A DNA stretch of 64,000 nt from an uncultured Pseudomonadota bacterium (GTDB taxonomy: Bacteria > Oederibacteriota > Muellerivitia > Muellerivitales > Muellerivitaceae). The notes beneath the pieces are model-generated. The model was not told where the DNA came from and did no database searches. It worked only from the letters and a program-made list of their open reading frames with translations. Where the stretch lies: the NCBI GenBank assembly GCA_963836235.1, contig CAWIIP010000002.1, positions 800,001-864,000 on the forward strand, written 5' to 3'. The position numbers were made by a program, and so were the translations under genes. Positions 1-10,019 of this stretch are shown here, one piece after another (the stretch's first letter is position 1; the number at the start of each line of letters is the position of its first letter).

Positions 1-317
1 GGGCCGATAATTCCCGAATCGAAAGGTGTCTTTTTCGCAGGATAAAATTAATTTTATTAGCTTTGGACAAAGCCCTTCAACCTTTCGACAAGAATCCAAC
101 AGCCTTATAAACCTGGACAGGATTTTATCAAGAAAAGATATAAGACAGGATGTATTGATATAACTCGGAATTATCCTTGTGGGCCTTATCATTCCGAAGA
201 TTCATGGAAAGTGGACAAGGTTTGTTTTGCCTCATAAACTAATGGCCAAAGACCAAGATTCCAAAGAGATCATGCGTGTCCAGAGCATTTTCCGTCTGAG
301 AAAAAGGGAAGCCGGAA

Positions 318-2426
318 TTGTCGAAAATAAAGAAAAAAATAGAGTTCATCCGGCAGAACCAGCATCTTCCAATTCCAGCGTTAGTCACGCAAACGGGTTT
401 GAATGAGCGACAGATTACAGAGATATTAAATCGTTTAAAAGAAAAACCGAAACCCTCTCCTCCGCCCTCTAACTCCGTTCAAATGGATGGGCGTCAATTA
501 TGGGTATGCTCCATTCTCTTGGTTTTGGCCGTGGTTTTATTTTACCTGCCGCTACTGAAAAACGAATTCGTCAACTGGGACGACAGTGAATTTATTCTAA
601 AAAATATTAATATTCGCTATTTGAATTTCCAAGCCATTCAATGGATGTTCACGAACAAATTCACCTATTGGATGCCCCTCACCTGGTTTTCTTGGGCATT
701 GAATTTTTGGATGGGCGGGCTCAACCCCCAGGTTTATCACCTCACCAATCTTTTTCTTCACGCTTCAAATACCGTGTTGGTTTTCCTAATTTGCCTTCGG
801 CTATTAGCTTTGGCCCAAAACAAGCCGGAAATCCTTAAGGATAGAAATGTTCAGGATTTCGTCATTCCCACCGCCTTAATGACGGCCCTCGTGTTCGGGC
901 TCCACCCTATACATGTGGAATCCGTGGCCTGGGCCACGGAAAGAAAAGACGTCCTTTACGCCTTTTTTTATCTATCGGGCATCTTTTTTTACCTGGGTAA
1001 TACTTCCAACCCCGCCAATAAAAATTTGAGGCTGTACGTTTGCTTTGGGTTGTACCTTTTCTCCTTGATGTCTAAGCCTATGGCAGTAACCCTCCCGCTG
1101 GTTTTCCTCATACTGGATTATTGGCCTTTGAAACGCTTTCTAGGTGAATTTTCTAAGGTTGTAACTGAAAAAATTCCATTTTTCGTCTTGGCTTTTATGA
1201 TTGGTGTTTTTTCGGTACTGTCCGCCAAGGATACCCTTTCCACCAACGCAGGTACCCCCACGGCTTTATGGGTCATGAACGCATTCCGTTCTTTGGTTTA
1301 TTACCCATGCAAAATCCTCGTGCCCTTAGACCTCGTTCCTTTGGTTCCATTTCCTCACACAATGGGTATTGTTTACGAAATGGAGAATATTCTGGCCGCC
1401 TTCTCGGCAGTATTAATAACCCTAGGTTGTTTTCTTTACCGAAAGAAATGGCCGTTCTTGGGGGCAGCATGGCTGTATTACTTGGTCACTCTAGCGCCTG
1501 TGGTTGGTTTTTTCAAAACGGGAACCCAAGCGGCAGCAGACCGATTTACTTACCTATCCACCTTGAGCTTGTTTCTGTTGTTTGCGGTAGGGGTCGCCTT
1601 TTTATTATCGAACCGGCGGATGATCTTTAGGATTTTTCTGTTGATTTTAACCGGAGCGTTAGGTTACGGAACAATCAAACAACTTGAAATCTGGAGGAAT
1701 TCCCAAACCCTGTGGGAAAGCGTGGTGCGGGTTTATCCAGATGATGCCGCGGTTGCCTATTCCTATCTGGGAGGCACTTATACCGAAGCCAAAAGGTGGG
1801 ATGATGCTTTAACAGCATTCAATCGGGCTCTTTCCATTTCTCCTTCCTTGGCCAAAGCCCATCAAGGCTTGGGGCGCCTTCTTTTTTATACGGGAAAACT
1901 GAATGAGGCTATCCCGGAATTCAAGACCGCCATCTCCCTCGACCCAAAAGATGTTCTCCTATACCAAAACCTTTGGAATGTTTATGAAGGCCTGGGAAAG
2001 CATGAAGAAGCCATCACCGAGATGCAGGAAGCGATTCAATTAGACCCAAATAACGAATTGAACTACAGCAATCTCGGGATAAGTTATTCTTTTTTGAAAA
2101 AATATCCCGAAGCGCAAGCTGCTTTTCAAAAAGCCTACGACTTGGAACCGGACAAACCCCAAAACTTGCTTTACCTGGCGACGGTCCACTTATGGCAGGG
2201 GCATTTGGATGAGGCGACGGACTTATACCGGAAAGGGATCGAGCAAAATCCCCGTGCTGCGGTTTATTACCTGAAACTGTCGGAAATCTATATCGAAAAG
2301 AAAATGCTTCCTGAAGCGATGGAAATGCTTCATGCCGCATCGGACTTAAATCCCCAAGATCCAACGCTAATCCAAGAAATGAAGACGGATTACCAAAAGA
2401 TAGGTCAAAAAGCTCCCGAACAATAA
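318..2426 (+). CDS. TMTC-like GT-C membrane glycosyltransferase (putative protein O-mannosyltransferase) with C-terminal TPRs
   Basis: 702 aa; F-x-x-W-D-D acidic motif after TM1, YHLTNLFLH, HPIHVESVAWATERKD and AADRFTYL motifs typical of TMTC-like proteins; many TM helices, then about 7 TPRs; TTG start uncertain. Confidence 0.85.
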   Translation: MSKIKKKIEFIRQNQHLPIPALVTQTGLNERQITEILNRLKEKPKPSPPPSNSVQMDGRQLWVCSILLVLAVVLFYLPLLKNEFVNWDDSEFILKNINIRYLNFQAIQWMFTNKFTYWMPLTWFSWALNFWMGGLNPQVYHLTNLFLHASNTVLVFLICLRLLALAQNKPEILKDRNVQDFVIPTALMTALVFGLHPIHVESVAWATERKDVLYAFFYLSGIFFYLGNTSNPANKNLRLYVCFGLYLFSLMSKPMAVTLPLVFLILDYWPLKRFLGEFSKVVTEKIPFFVLAFMIGVFSVLSAKDTLSTNAGTPTALWVMNAFRSLVYYPCKILVPLDLVPLVPFPHTMGIVYEMENILAAFSAVLITLGCFLYRKKWPFLGAAWLYYLVTLAPVVGFFKTGTQAAADRFTYLSTLSLFLLFAVGVAFLLSNRRMIFRIFLLILTGALGYGTIKQLEIWRNSQTLWESVVRVYPDDAAVAYSYLGGTYTEAKRWDDALTAFNRALSISPSLAKAHQGLGRLLFYTGKLNEAIPEFKTAISLDPKDVLLYQNLWNVYEGLGKHEEAITEMQEAIQLDPNNELNYSNLGISYSFLKKYPEAQAAFQKAYDLEPDKPQNLLYLATVHLWQGHLDEATDLYRKGIEQNPRAAVYYLKLSEIYIEKKMLPEAMEMLHAASDLNPQDPTLIQEMKTDYQKIGQKAPEQ

Positions 2427-2466
2427 GGTTCAAAAAGGCAGGTAGAGACGATATTCTCCTTGCGAT

Positions 2467-5400
2467 TTATCTCAAGACCGCAATGTTCCCTGTCCTCGAT
2501 TCACTGGTTTGGCCATCATCGACTTGCAGAAGATAAACATAAAGCCCACTGGCAACTGCTTGGTTGTTAGAGTTTTGAATATTCCACAAAAGGCTGTTTA
2601 ATCCCACCTGGCCTTCCACCATGGTTTGATAAATCTCCTCACCAGCCAAGCTGTAGAGTGTCAAGTGAACTTGGGCATTTCTTCCTAAATTAACCAAGAG
2701 CTTTACTGGTCCACCGTTTCGGGAAACATTAGGTGCCACAACAGCTGAAGCCAAGAGACCGGTGAAAGGCGTGGGAGTGATTGTTGGAGTTTGAGAAGGC
2801 GTTGGTGTGGTTGTTGATTGCCCCCCCAAGGTGGAACTCTTAATGCCCTTAAAAGCAGGCGAGGGAGAACTGGGATTCGCACATGTAAACCCAAGTACCC
2901 GAACACCATCATAATCGGTCACATATAACGTTCCATTGGAATACTGGAGGTCAATAGGCAAAAGATTATTTTGCTGCGAAGAAGAAGGAGGGGTGTTAGT
3001 CGTGAGGTTGGGTTGTCCTAAAACTTGATCGGCAGGGGGATCGGTGGTGCCTGTTGGAATATTGTTATAAACCACCACTCTGAAGTTCTGGCTGTCCGCA
3101 ATGTAAAGCTGGCAGTTATTCGAATAAACACCCGTTGGAAAATTCAAACCATTAGCGGCATTACTAGGGGCATTGGCAGTGAAGCTATTTTGGCCAACCA
3201 CGGCATCAGCTGCAACGTTAGTAGTACCTTCCGATAAGGTATCGATCCCCTGACCAGCATTATTGTAAACCAATACACGGTTATTCTGCGAATCCGCAAC
3301 GAATAAACTTCCATTCGATACCCACAAACCACTAGGTCCAAAAAGACCTTGGGGACCGCTCCCCTGAGACAGGCCATTTGTGAAACTCGATTGCCCAATC
3401 ACTTCATCGGCAGGCGCATTATTTGTCACCGGCAGCGAATTAAAAATCAAAACCCTATTGTTGCCTGTATCTGAGATGAATAATCGCTGACCATCATAAA
3501 ATACGCCGACAAAGTACTGCGCTTGATTAATGTTCAGGGTTCGAGGACCAACGGCAGACCCTTGATTCGCTTGACTATGGACCATATCGACTTGTCCGAT
3601 TTCAACATCCGCAGAACCATCGACTATAGGAAGGGTACTGATATTGTGATAGATGAGAACACGATTGTTATTTGTGTCCGACACAATCAAAGTCGTGCCA
3701 TTACTCCACACTCCTTCAGGCCCGGCCAACGTATTGGCGGTAACCGAAGCACTTAGGCCAGTTTGGTTCGATAGTGAACCCGTGAAGGATGATTGGCCAA
3801 GGACTTGTGTTGCACCTGGATCGTTGCCTGTAGGAACGGGATTGTAAAGCAATACACGGTTGTTTACTGGGTCCGATACAAACAAGTTATTCCCAGCCTG
3901 GAAAACACCCATTTGCGACCCTGCCAATGTTTGACTCGTCGGATTTGATAACCCTTGATTTACGGAGTTCGAAGTAAAATTCGGTTGACCGATGACCAAA
4001 CCGGAATTCTGGTTCGGTGTGAAGATACAAGCTGGTGGACAAGTTGGGCTTGGCGTTGCAGTTGGAGACGAGATCAATGTTAAGGTAAAAGTCGGTGTCA
4101 TGGACAACGCGGCTATTGTCGTCGCGGTTTCATTGGCCTGGGTAGTGGCGACTGCAATTTCCGTAGCCGTCCCAGCGGCTATGGCGGTCGAGGTGGCGTT
4201 GGCTTGGGCCGTTGCCGTCCCTTGAGCGGTCGCCGTGCTGTTGGCAGTCGGCGATGGTGTCGGGCTTATCGTGGGCGTAAAGGTTGGCGTAATCGTAAAG
4301 GTCCGGGTGGCCGTAAAGGTAGAGGTCGGCGTGAAAGTAACGGTGGGGGTGCAGGTGACTTGCTGGGCGCAGGGCGGCACGCCGGATTCGGGATCAGGAA
4401 CGGTAGAACTGACGAATTCCTGCAACAAATGCCCGTTGTTGTAAATCGCCATGTAAGGGTCATCGGCATAAGCCGTTCCGTTGCATTGAGTATAATCCAC
4501 AACCGGCGTATCCCAATTTCCGCAGGGAGTGCCACAACGGGTCATCCAGGCTTCCAATCCATCCACCCATCCGCCCACCGGAATAGCCCCCGAAATGCCA
4601 GCAAAGGTAAGCGTCGCCACCTGGTTTGCTATATGGGAGGAATCCGCTACGCAGGGAGGGCTCATGGCAACAGCCTGGGCTGAATTGGGGGGCGGGTTGA
4701 TAGTGCCTGCCGTCGAGCCTCCGGAATTATAAATGGTGCCATTGCTACCGGACCATTGGGCGGTAACCAGCCCGGACTGGTCAAACCACATCTTGATGGA
4801 CAAAGTGGAAAGAGTTACGGGCACTGAATCCTCATTGAGTATCTTGACCTTCCATCGGCGGCTCTGGCTGTCCGTCTGGGAACAATAGACCTGCAAATTA
4901 ACCTTAGGCGATGCAACCCCGCCATACCCACAAAGCGCAGGTGTCGGCGAAATAGTAGGCGTAAAAGTTGGGGTTGGTGTGAAAGCAGGGACAATTCCTG
5001 GATCACAGGAACTGCATGTATGACCGTTTGCATCAATCATGTTAATGATGAAATTCTTACCGGACAAAGCCGAAGTAAGGTCGCAAACCGTTACCGATAC
5101 AGTAACTGGAAGGCTACTTATCGTGAGACTAGTTGGAACTATTGAAAACGTATCCGTTCCAGTAGCCGGGGTTGCAGAAAGCGTTACTGTCACGCTAGAG
5201 CAACCAGCAGGCATCGTCCCGGTAATGGTTAAAGCCACCGAGGCGCAATTGGTTGATGTTAATCCTGTAATGCCGCAGGAAGTTGACCAACCAGTGCAAA
5301 CGCAACTTGTCCCAGGTGTTGCCGTGGAGGTTGGCGTCGCAGTGGGGGTAGCCGCAAACGTAGAGGTATAGGTTGGTGAAAGGGGCCCAAAGCCCTCGGT

Positions 5401-8400
5401 AATCACCTGATTACAAACTGTATTCCCCAATGATTTAAGAATCACGAAAACTGGATTATTACTGATAGCAGGCCCACAAATCGTATAGGGGATGGATATG
5501 GCGTAGGGTGTAGGGGCTGCTGGTACGGCGAAAGTATTGTCTGGTGAACTGGAAGTGATCGTATAAGTTCCAACCGTAGCAACGACGGAAAAGGAAACGG
5601 ATACGGAGTTTGAGCAATAATTTTTGCTCGGATTAGGAACTAAGAGAAGCTGTTCATTAAAACAGTAATTTCCAACTACCGGTGTTTCAATTGGGCCATG
5701 CGCGATTACCGCTCCATTTACAAAGTCACAATTGCATGGAGTGGTAGTCGGAGTAAAGGTAAGGGTGGAAGTATAGGAAGGGGTAAAGGTTGGGGTGGTG
5801 GTTAGAGTGAACGTATTCGTGAAGGTATACGTGGCAGTATAAGTCACGGTATTGGTGGCTGAAGTGGTTGAAGTATTGGTCGTTGTAAATGTGGGGGTAA
5901 AAGTCGCTGTCGGTGTCGGGGTATTAGTGAGCGTGAAGGTTGAAGTTAAGGTGGCCGTATTGGTTAAGGTGTTCGTTGTGGTGTAGGTGTCGGTAAAGGT
6001 CGGAGTTTTGGTTGCCGTGTGAGTGGGAGTATTCGTGGGTGTGGTAGTAAAGGTTGTCGTGACCGTAGGCGTAAATGGGTTACAGACAATGGAAAAATCC
6101 AACCCCGTAAAAGGTTTTTGGGTATCTTCAACGACAATTGTGAGGATGTTAAACCCGGTCGTATTCAGACAACCTGGTGGGATAGCTATTGAACCAAAAC
6201 TTTTCCCTCCAAAGAAGACTGGAAAGACGCAGGCGTTGATCCTTATTTCCGTGACCGCGTCATCCGCCGCAGCTATGATTGCATAACTCGAAAAAGCCGA
6301 AGTCGCCGGAAAAGTTCCGCTATAAACATAATTTTCCGTTGTCGTTCCAGTATCATCTCCATTAGCATCCAGGCCTATCCACGAGGTACCAGGAAGGGCG
6401 GTTGGCCAAGTTCCATTGTTAGCGTCCACCGCCGCTTGCGTCACTAAACCAGTAAATTTAATATATGATACGCTCATTGGGATTTGCCCACTACCAACCT
6501 TAAAATTAGTGCAAACGGTTGTGGGTGTTAATGTGGGCGTAAAGCTAATTGTAAACGTGTTAGTAACCGTAAAAGTGTAGGTAGGCGTAAAGGTGTTTGT
6601 GAAGGTACCTGATGGAGTTAAAGTGGGTGTATTAGTCGTGGTGCTAGTAGTGGTATAGGTAGGCGTGAAGGTAGGCGTGAAAGTAAATGTTCCCCCTACC
6701 GCGAAGGGACTGCAATCGGAGATGGGCTGGAAAAGTCCTTCCAGACCGCATACCACACAGGAACAAACAGCCGTCAGAGTGCCACCAATTTGGGTAACAG
6801 GGAGTAGATTGGGCGCTCCGGTAACGGGGTCTTGGGTGAACTCGATCAACTGCCCGGTGGAGGTGGTTATCCGAACCGTGTTGGCTTCGATATTAATTCC
6901 CGTCATGTTGGAAACACCGTTCGGAAGGCCGGGAATAGTATACAACTGGGGATAGGAAGTCCAAGTCCGGCCATCGTCTGTGGAATGCAAAATAACGTTG
7001 TAACAAGTGCCACCCGCACAGGCTTCGTTTCCAACCGCCCAGATATTGGTGGAACCGGGAGGACCGGTCTGCTCGAAAATATCGGTGATCTCGGTGATAT
7101 TTACGGCGGTTCCGTTGATAGTTGTTGGCAATGAGCTTTCGCAGAAAATCCCTGAGCCTGAACTATGTAAGATAAATCCTTGCCCCAAATTGTTTCGGCC
7201 CACGATCCATTGTTCACCGCCGCTTGAGAAATCGAAAGTTTTATCGAATCTCAATAATCCACCAGAGAAATCCGAGGGATTGGGGACCGCATAGCCTGTG
7301 CAATTAGCAGCACTCCCAAAACTCGTAGCACCCAAAGTTCCACCACTAACGGAGGTTCCTCCCGGCGTCCCATTCGTTGCCACATTCCAAAGTTGCCCGC
7401 CTACCCCGATAATTTGAAGTTGCGAACAGCCCAGATTGCCCTTCACGTCAGTCAGGTCTACGCCAGTACCACCCGGTAAAACCAGGCTATTCCAAGTCAC
7501 TCCCCCGTCCGTGGTCCAAACCACTGTGCCATTCGCCCCGACGATCCACCATTCATCCGCCGTGCAGGCGAAGATGGCGTGGAAGCCGACGGTAACCGGA
7601 ACACCACTGACCACCACCGGAATAACACGGCTTGAAGCCCCTGAACCGGTCGTGGTTCGTTCGACAAGCGTTCCGTCATCCCCCACGACCAGGTTAATGA
7701 AGGTTCCGTTGCCCGCCGAAATGCAGGCCACTCCATGGTAATCCACCACGGGAATAGTGGAAGTCGGGGTGGGGGTTGGCGTGGGTGTAAGCGTATTTTG
7801 GTTTGCGACACCAGTTTCCGTCAAAGTGGGGCTGATGGTAGGCGTCGGCGTGTCCGTCGAAAAAGAAGTTGAATTGGGAGTTGTCGTAACGGTTCCAGTG
7901 CCAACCCCCGATGTTCCATTTGGAGTTATGGTAAATGTCGGAGTGCCGGTAAAGGTAGCGGCGGCTGTTTGAGTGGAAGTGGGACTACCTGGGGTTCCGG
8001 TACCCGAAGTTCCATTAGGACTTTGGGTAAATGTGAAAGTAAAAGTACCGGTGAAGGTAGCCGCAGCCGTTTGCGTGGAAGTGGGACTGCCGGGAGTTCC
8101 GGGCCCTGAAGTAATAGTAAAGGTGGGTGTATTAGTCGCAGTAGAGGTTGCAAAAGCCGTAGAGGTAATGGTGGTTGTGACAGTCGGCGGTGTGCGGGTA
8201 CCAGTAAGCGAGGGGGTATTGGTGGGAGTGTTGGTTGGTGTAACCGTTCCAGAAGGAGGTCCAATTGGTGGAACAGGCGGAAGACAATATGTCGTTACTG
8301 TTCCCTCGCAGACTACCGCGTAACCAATAATGTCGCCGTTGGCATTGGTAATCCAAGCCACAGCTTTGTTTTGCATCATGGAATTCGAAAGGTTTTGAAC

Positions 8401-9846
8401 CCCACTACCATTAAAGAGATATACGGCCCCATGGTTGCCGCCGATCAACACATTGTTAGCGTTCACGGCGGCCACGGAAAGAAGGTTCTCAGTCACAGGA
8501 ATACCCAAGGCCCCTCCAGCGTTCAGATTGGTAAAGGTGGGAGGACTGCCTACGGTCTCATTATTATTGGAGTAATAGACTTGTCCGTTATTGCCCACGG
8601 CATAAATGTCACCGGAGCCATCATGAGTAATGGCGTTGATACTTCCTACCGGTTGAGCGCCAGGTAATAGGTTAGAGAAAGTTGTACAGCTATTTGGAAA
8701 AGTAACATTGGAAACTTGGAAAACAACGTTAGTCACGCCAGCGGCATTCAAATCATATCCGCCTATAAGAAGCCATCCATCGTTTGTCAAATCTATGGCG
8801 TCCAAATGATCCATGGAATTGGCCCCGCAAAAAGTTGTCGTATTAGTTGGGCCGCCCCCACCCAAAATTGGGGTTAAACAGCCGCCATTGGTATTGATAA
8901 GATTGGCAACGGAAGAACAGAATAAAACTGCGCCGTCACTCGCGGTCACATAAACACCACCACAACTTGGCCCAATTTTAATTGCGGTGAAATTTACCAA
9001 ATCATCCGGGTCCGTCGATCCAGGGTTATCATCAGGATCGTTATCCGCCTCAAAAAATGGAATGGCACCCAAACTAATAAACCCCGACCCACTGTTTACC
9101 AGCACAGTCCTATCATTGCCGACGACCACGTTGGTTACTCCGCCTGTACAGCAATCGATTCCATTTAAGTTTTGGGTGGTGGGTGAGGATTGGGTGGTTA
9201 AGGTGTTATTCGTCTCATTAAGACTTCCGATAAAACCGTTGTTCCCCACCACGTAGCCGCTGGTACTGCCGGGTGAAATACAAATGCCATTACCCTGATA
9301 ACTCACCGGTTGCCCCGGCGTCGGCTCAAAGGCGAGGGCCACACCCGCGCAGGCCTGTCCCAAGGCATTGCTATTCGCCACTGGGCTATTGTTCTGAAAA
9401 AGGGTGGCCGCGTTGGAGACCGGAACCGTCATACCCGAAACGCTTCCCACTAAAACTTGCAGGTCGATATGTTTAGTCGTGTTGTTAGCCATGCTAAAGG
9501 AGCCGAAGGTTACCGGGTTAGGGCCTGTCACCGGTAATACGGGAGAGACGGTGTAAGTACCGGTCGTGATATCCGTCTCGGTACTGACTATCGTGAATCC
9601 TGGCGGAAGGGTGTCCACCACGGTCAAATTATTCTCGGTAGTACCGGTTTGAAAATTATTGATGGTAAGATCGTAGGTGATAGTTGTGCCGGTCGCAAAA
9701 ATTCCCTCGTTGACGATCTTCACGATGGAAAGCCCCGGGGTGGGCGTGAATACGGGAGTTTGGGTTTGCGCCAAAAGCCGCGAAAAGGAAAACGATGTTA
9801 ACGCAAGGGACAAGAAAATTTGGAGAGGAATCTTTTTCAAGGCCAT
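2467..9846 (-). CDS. Giant secreted multidomain protein: DUF11, two BNR/Ycf48-like propeller regions, Thr/Pro stalks, CBM3-like domain, NHL propeller, C-terminal sorting-type Ig domain
   Basis: 2459 aa; signal peptide; LSIVK..TITYDLTINN..VVDTLPPG (DUF11); TTDGGVTW and STDDGRTW (BNR); VSDxxNNRVL repeats (NHL); C-terminal APNVSRNG...ASGLYVY domain. Confidence 0.8.
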   Translation of the reverse strand: MALKKIPLQIFLSLALTSFSFSRLLAQTQTPVFTPTPGLSIVKIVNEGIFATGTTITYDLTINNFQTGTTENNLTVVDTLPPGFTIVSTETDITTGTYTVSPVLPVTGPNPVTFGSFSMANNTTKHIDLQVLVGSVSGMTVPVSNAATLFQNNSPVANSNALGQACAGVALAFEPTPGQPVSYQGNGICISPGSTSGYVVGNNGFIGSLNETNNTLTTQSSPTTQNLNGIDCCTGGVTNVVVGNDRTVLVNSGSGFISLGAIPFFEADNDPDDNPGSTDPDDLVNFTAIKIGPSCGGVYVTASDGAVLFCSSVANLINTNGGCLTPILGGGGPTNTTTFCGANSMDHLDAIDLTNDGWLLIGGYDLNAAGVTNVVFQVSNVTFPNSCTTFSNLLPGAQPVGSINAITHDGSGDIYAVGNNGQVYYSNNNETVGSPPTFTNLNAGGALGIPVTENLLSVAAVNANNVLIGGNHGAVYLFNGSGVQNLSNSMMQNKAVAWITNANGDIIGYAVVCEGTVTTYCLPPVPPIGPPSGTVTPTNTPTNTPSLTGTRTPPTVTTTITSTAFATSTATNTPTFTITSGPGTPGSPTSTQTAAATFTGTFTFTFTQSPNGTSGTGTPGSPTSTQTAAATFTGTPTFTITPNGTSGVGTGTVTTTPNSTSFSTDTPTPTISPTLTETGVANQNTLTPTPTPTPTSTIPVVDYHGVACISAGNGTFINLVVGDDGTLVERTTTGSGASSRVIPVVVSGVPVTVGFHAIFACTADEWWIVGANGTVVWTTDGGVTWNSLVLPGGTGVDLTDVKGNLGCSQLQIIGVGGQLWNVATNGTPGGTSVSGGTLGATSFGSAANCTGYAVPNPSDFSGGLLRFDKTFDFSSGGEQWIVGRNNLGQGFILHSSGSGIFCESSLPTTINGTAVNITEITDIFEQTGPPGSTNIWAVGNEACAGGTCYNVILHSTDDGRTWTSYPQLYTIPGLPNGVSNMTGINIEANTVRITTSTGQLIEFTQDPVTGAPNLLPVTQIGGTLTAVCSCVVCGLEGLFQPISDCSPFAVGGTFTFTPTFTPTYTTTSTTTNTPTLTPSGTFTNTFTPTYTFTVTNTFTISFTPTLTPTTVCTNFKVGSGQIPMSVSYIKFTGLVTQAAVDANNGTWPTALPGTSWIGLDANGDDTGTTTENYVYSGTFPATSAFSSYAIIAAADDAVTEIRINACVFPVFFGGKSFGSIAIPPGCLNTTGFNILTIVVEDTQKPFTGLDFSIVCNPFTPTVTTTFTTTPTNTPTHTATKTPTFTDTYTTTNTLTNTATLTSTFTLTNTPTPTATFTPTFTTTNTSTTSATNTVTYTATYTFTNTFTLTTTPTFTPSYTSTLTFTPTTTPCNCDFVNGAVIAHGPIETPVVGNYCFNEQLLLVPNPSKNYCSNSVSVSFSVVATVGTYTITSSSPDNTFAVPAAPTPYAISIPYTICGPAISNNPVFVILKSLGNTVCNQVITEGFGPLSPTYTSTFAATPTATPTSTATPGTSCVCTGWSTSCGITGLTSTNCASVALTITGTMPAGCSSVTVTLSATPATGTDTFSIVPTSLTISSLPVTVSVTVCDLTSALSGKNFIINMIDANGHTCSSCDPGIVPAFTPTPTFTPTISPTPALCGYGGVASPKVNLQVYCSQTDSQSRRWKVKILNEDSVPVTLSTLSIKMWFDQSGLVTAQWSGSNGTIYNSGGSTAGTINPPPNSAQAVAMSPPCVADSSHIANQVATLTFAGISGAIPVGGWVDGLEAWMTRCGTPCGNWDTPVVDYTQCNGTAYADDPYMAIYNNGHLLQEFVSSTVPDPESGVPPCAQQVTCTPTVTFTPTSTFTATRTFTITPTFTPTISPTPSPTANSTATAQGTATAQANATSTAIAAGTATEIAVATTQANETATTIAALSMTPTFTLTLISSPTATPSPTCPPACIFTPNQNSGLVIGQPNFTSNSVNQGLSNPTSQTLAGSQMGVFQAGNNLFVSDPVNNRVLLYNPVPTGNDPGATQVLGQSSFTGSLSNQTGLSASVTANTLAGPEGVWSNGTTLIVSDTNNNRVLIYHNISTLPIVDGSADVEIGQVDMVHSQANQGSAVGPRTLNINQAQYFVGVFYDGQRLFISDTGNNRVLIFNSLPVTNNAPADEVIGQSSFTNGLSQGSGPQGLFGPSGLWVSNGSLFVADSQNNRVLVYNNAGQGIDTLSEGTTNVAADAVVGQNSFTANAPSNAANGLNFPTGVYSNNCQLYIADSQNFRVVVYNNIPTGTTDPPADQVLGQPNLTTNTPPSSSQQNNLLPIDLQYSNGTLYVTDYDGVRVLGFTCANPSSPSPAFKGIKSSTLGGQSTTTPTPSQTPTITPTPFTGLLASAVVAPNVSRNGGPVKLLVNLGRNAQVHLTLYSLAGEEIYQTMVEGQVGLNSLLWNIQNSNNQAVASGLYVYLLQVDDGQTSESRTGNIAVLR

Positions 9847-9983
9847 TGTCCCGGTAAAGCGTTAAGGGTTCATGATTTTTGTTTGGAGATATTTTTTTGT
9901 GGAGGCCTTATTTTGTTCAAAAGAACTATCTTTGGCAATAAAAAATAACTAATTTGTTGTTCACTTTTTGACGCACCTTAAAG

Positions 9984-9992
9984 TGCTATAAT
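9984..9992 (+). promoter_or_regulatory. Extended -10 promoter candidate (TGcTATAAT) for the S8 peptidase gene
   Basis: TGCTATAAT about 28 nt upstream of ATG 10020; overlaps near-palindrome GCACCTTAAAGTGC. Confidence 0.45.
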
Positions 9993-10019
9993 TTCCACAT
10001 TATTCCGACTAAGGGCCGC

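Noticed and set aside
9968-9992. TTGACG as the -35 for TATAAT
   Set aside because: Spacer is only 13 nt; kept only as an extended -10 candidate.
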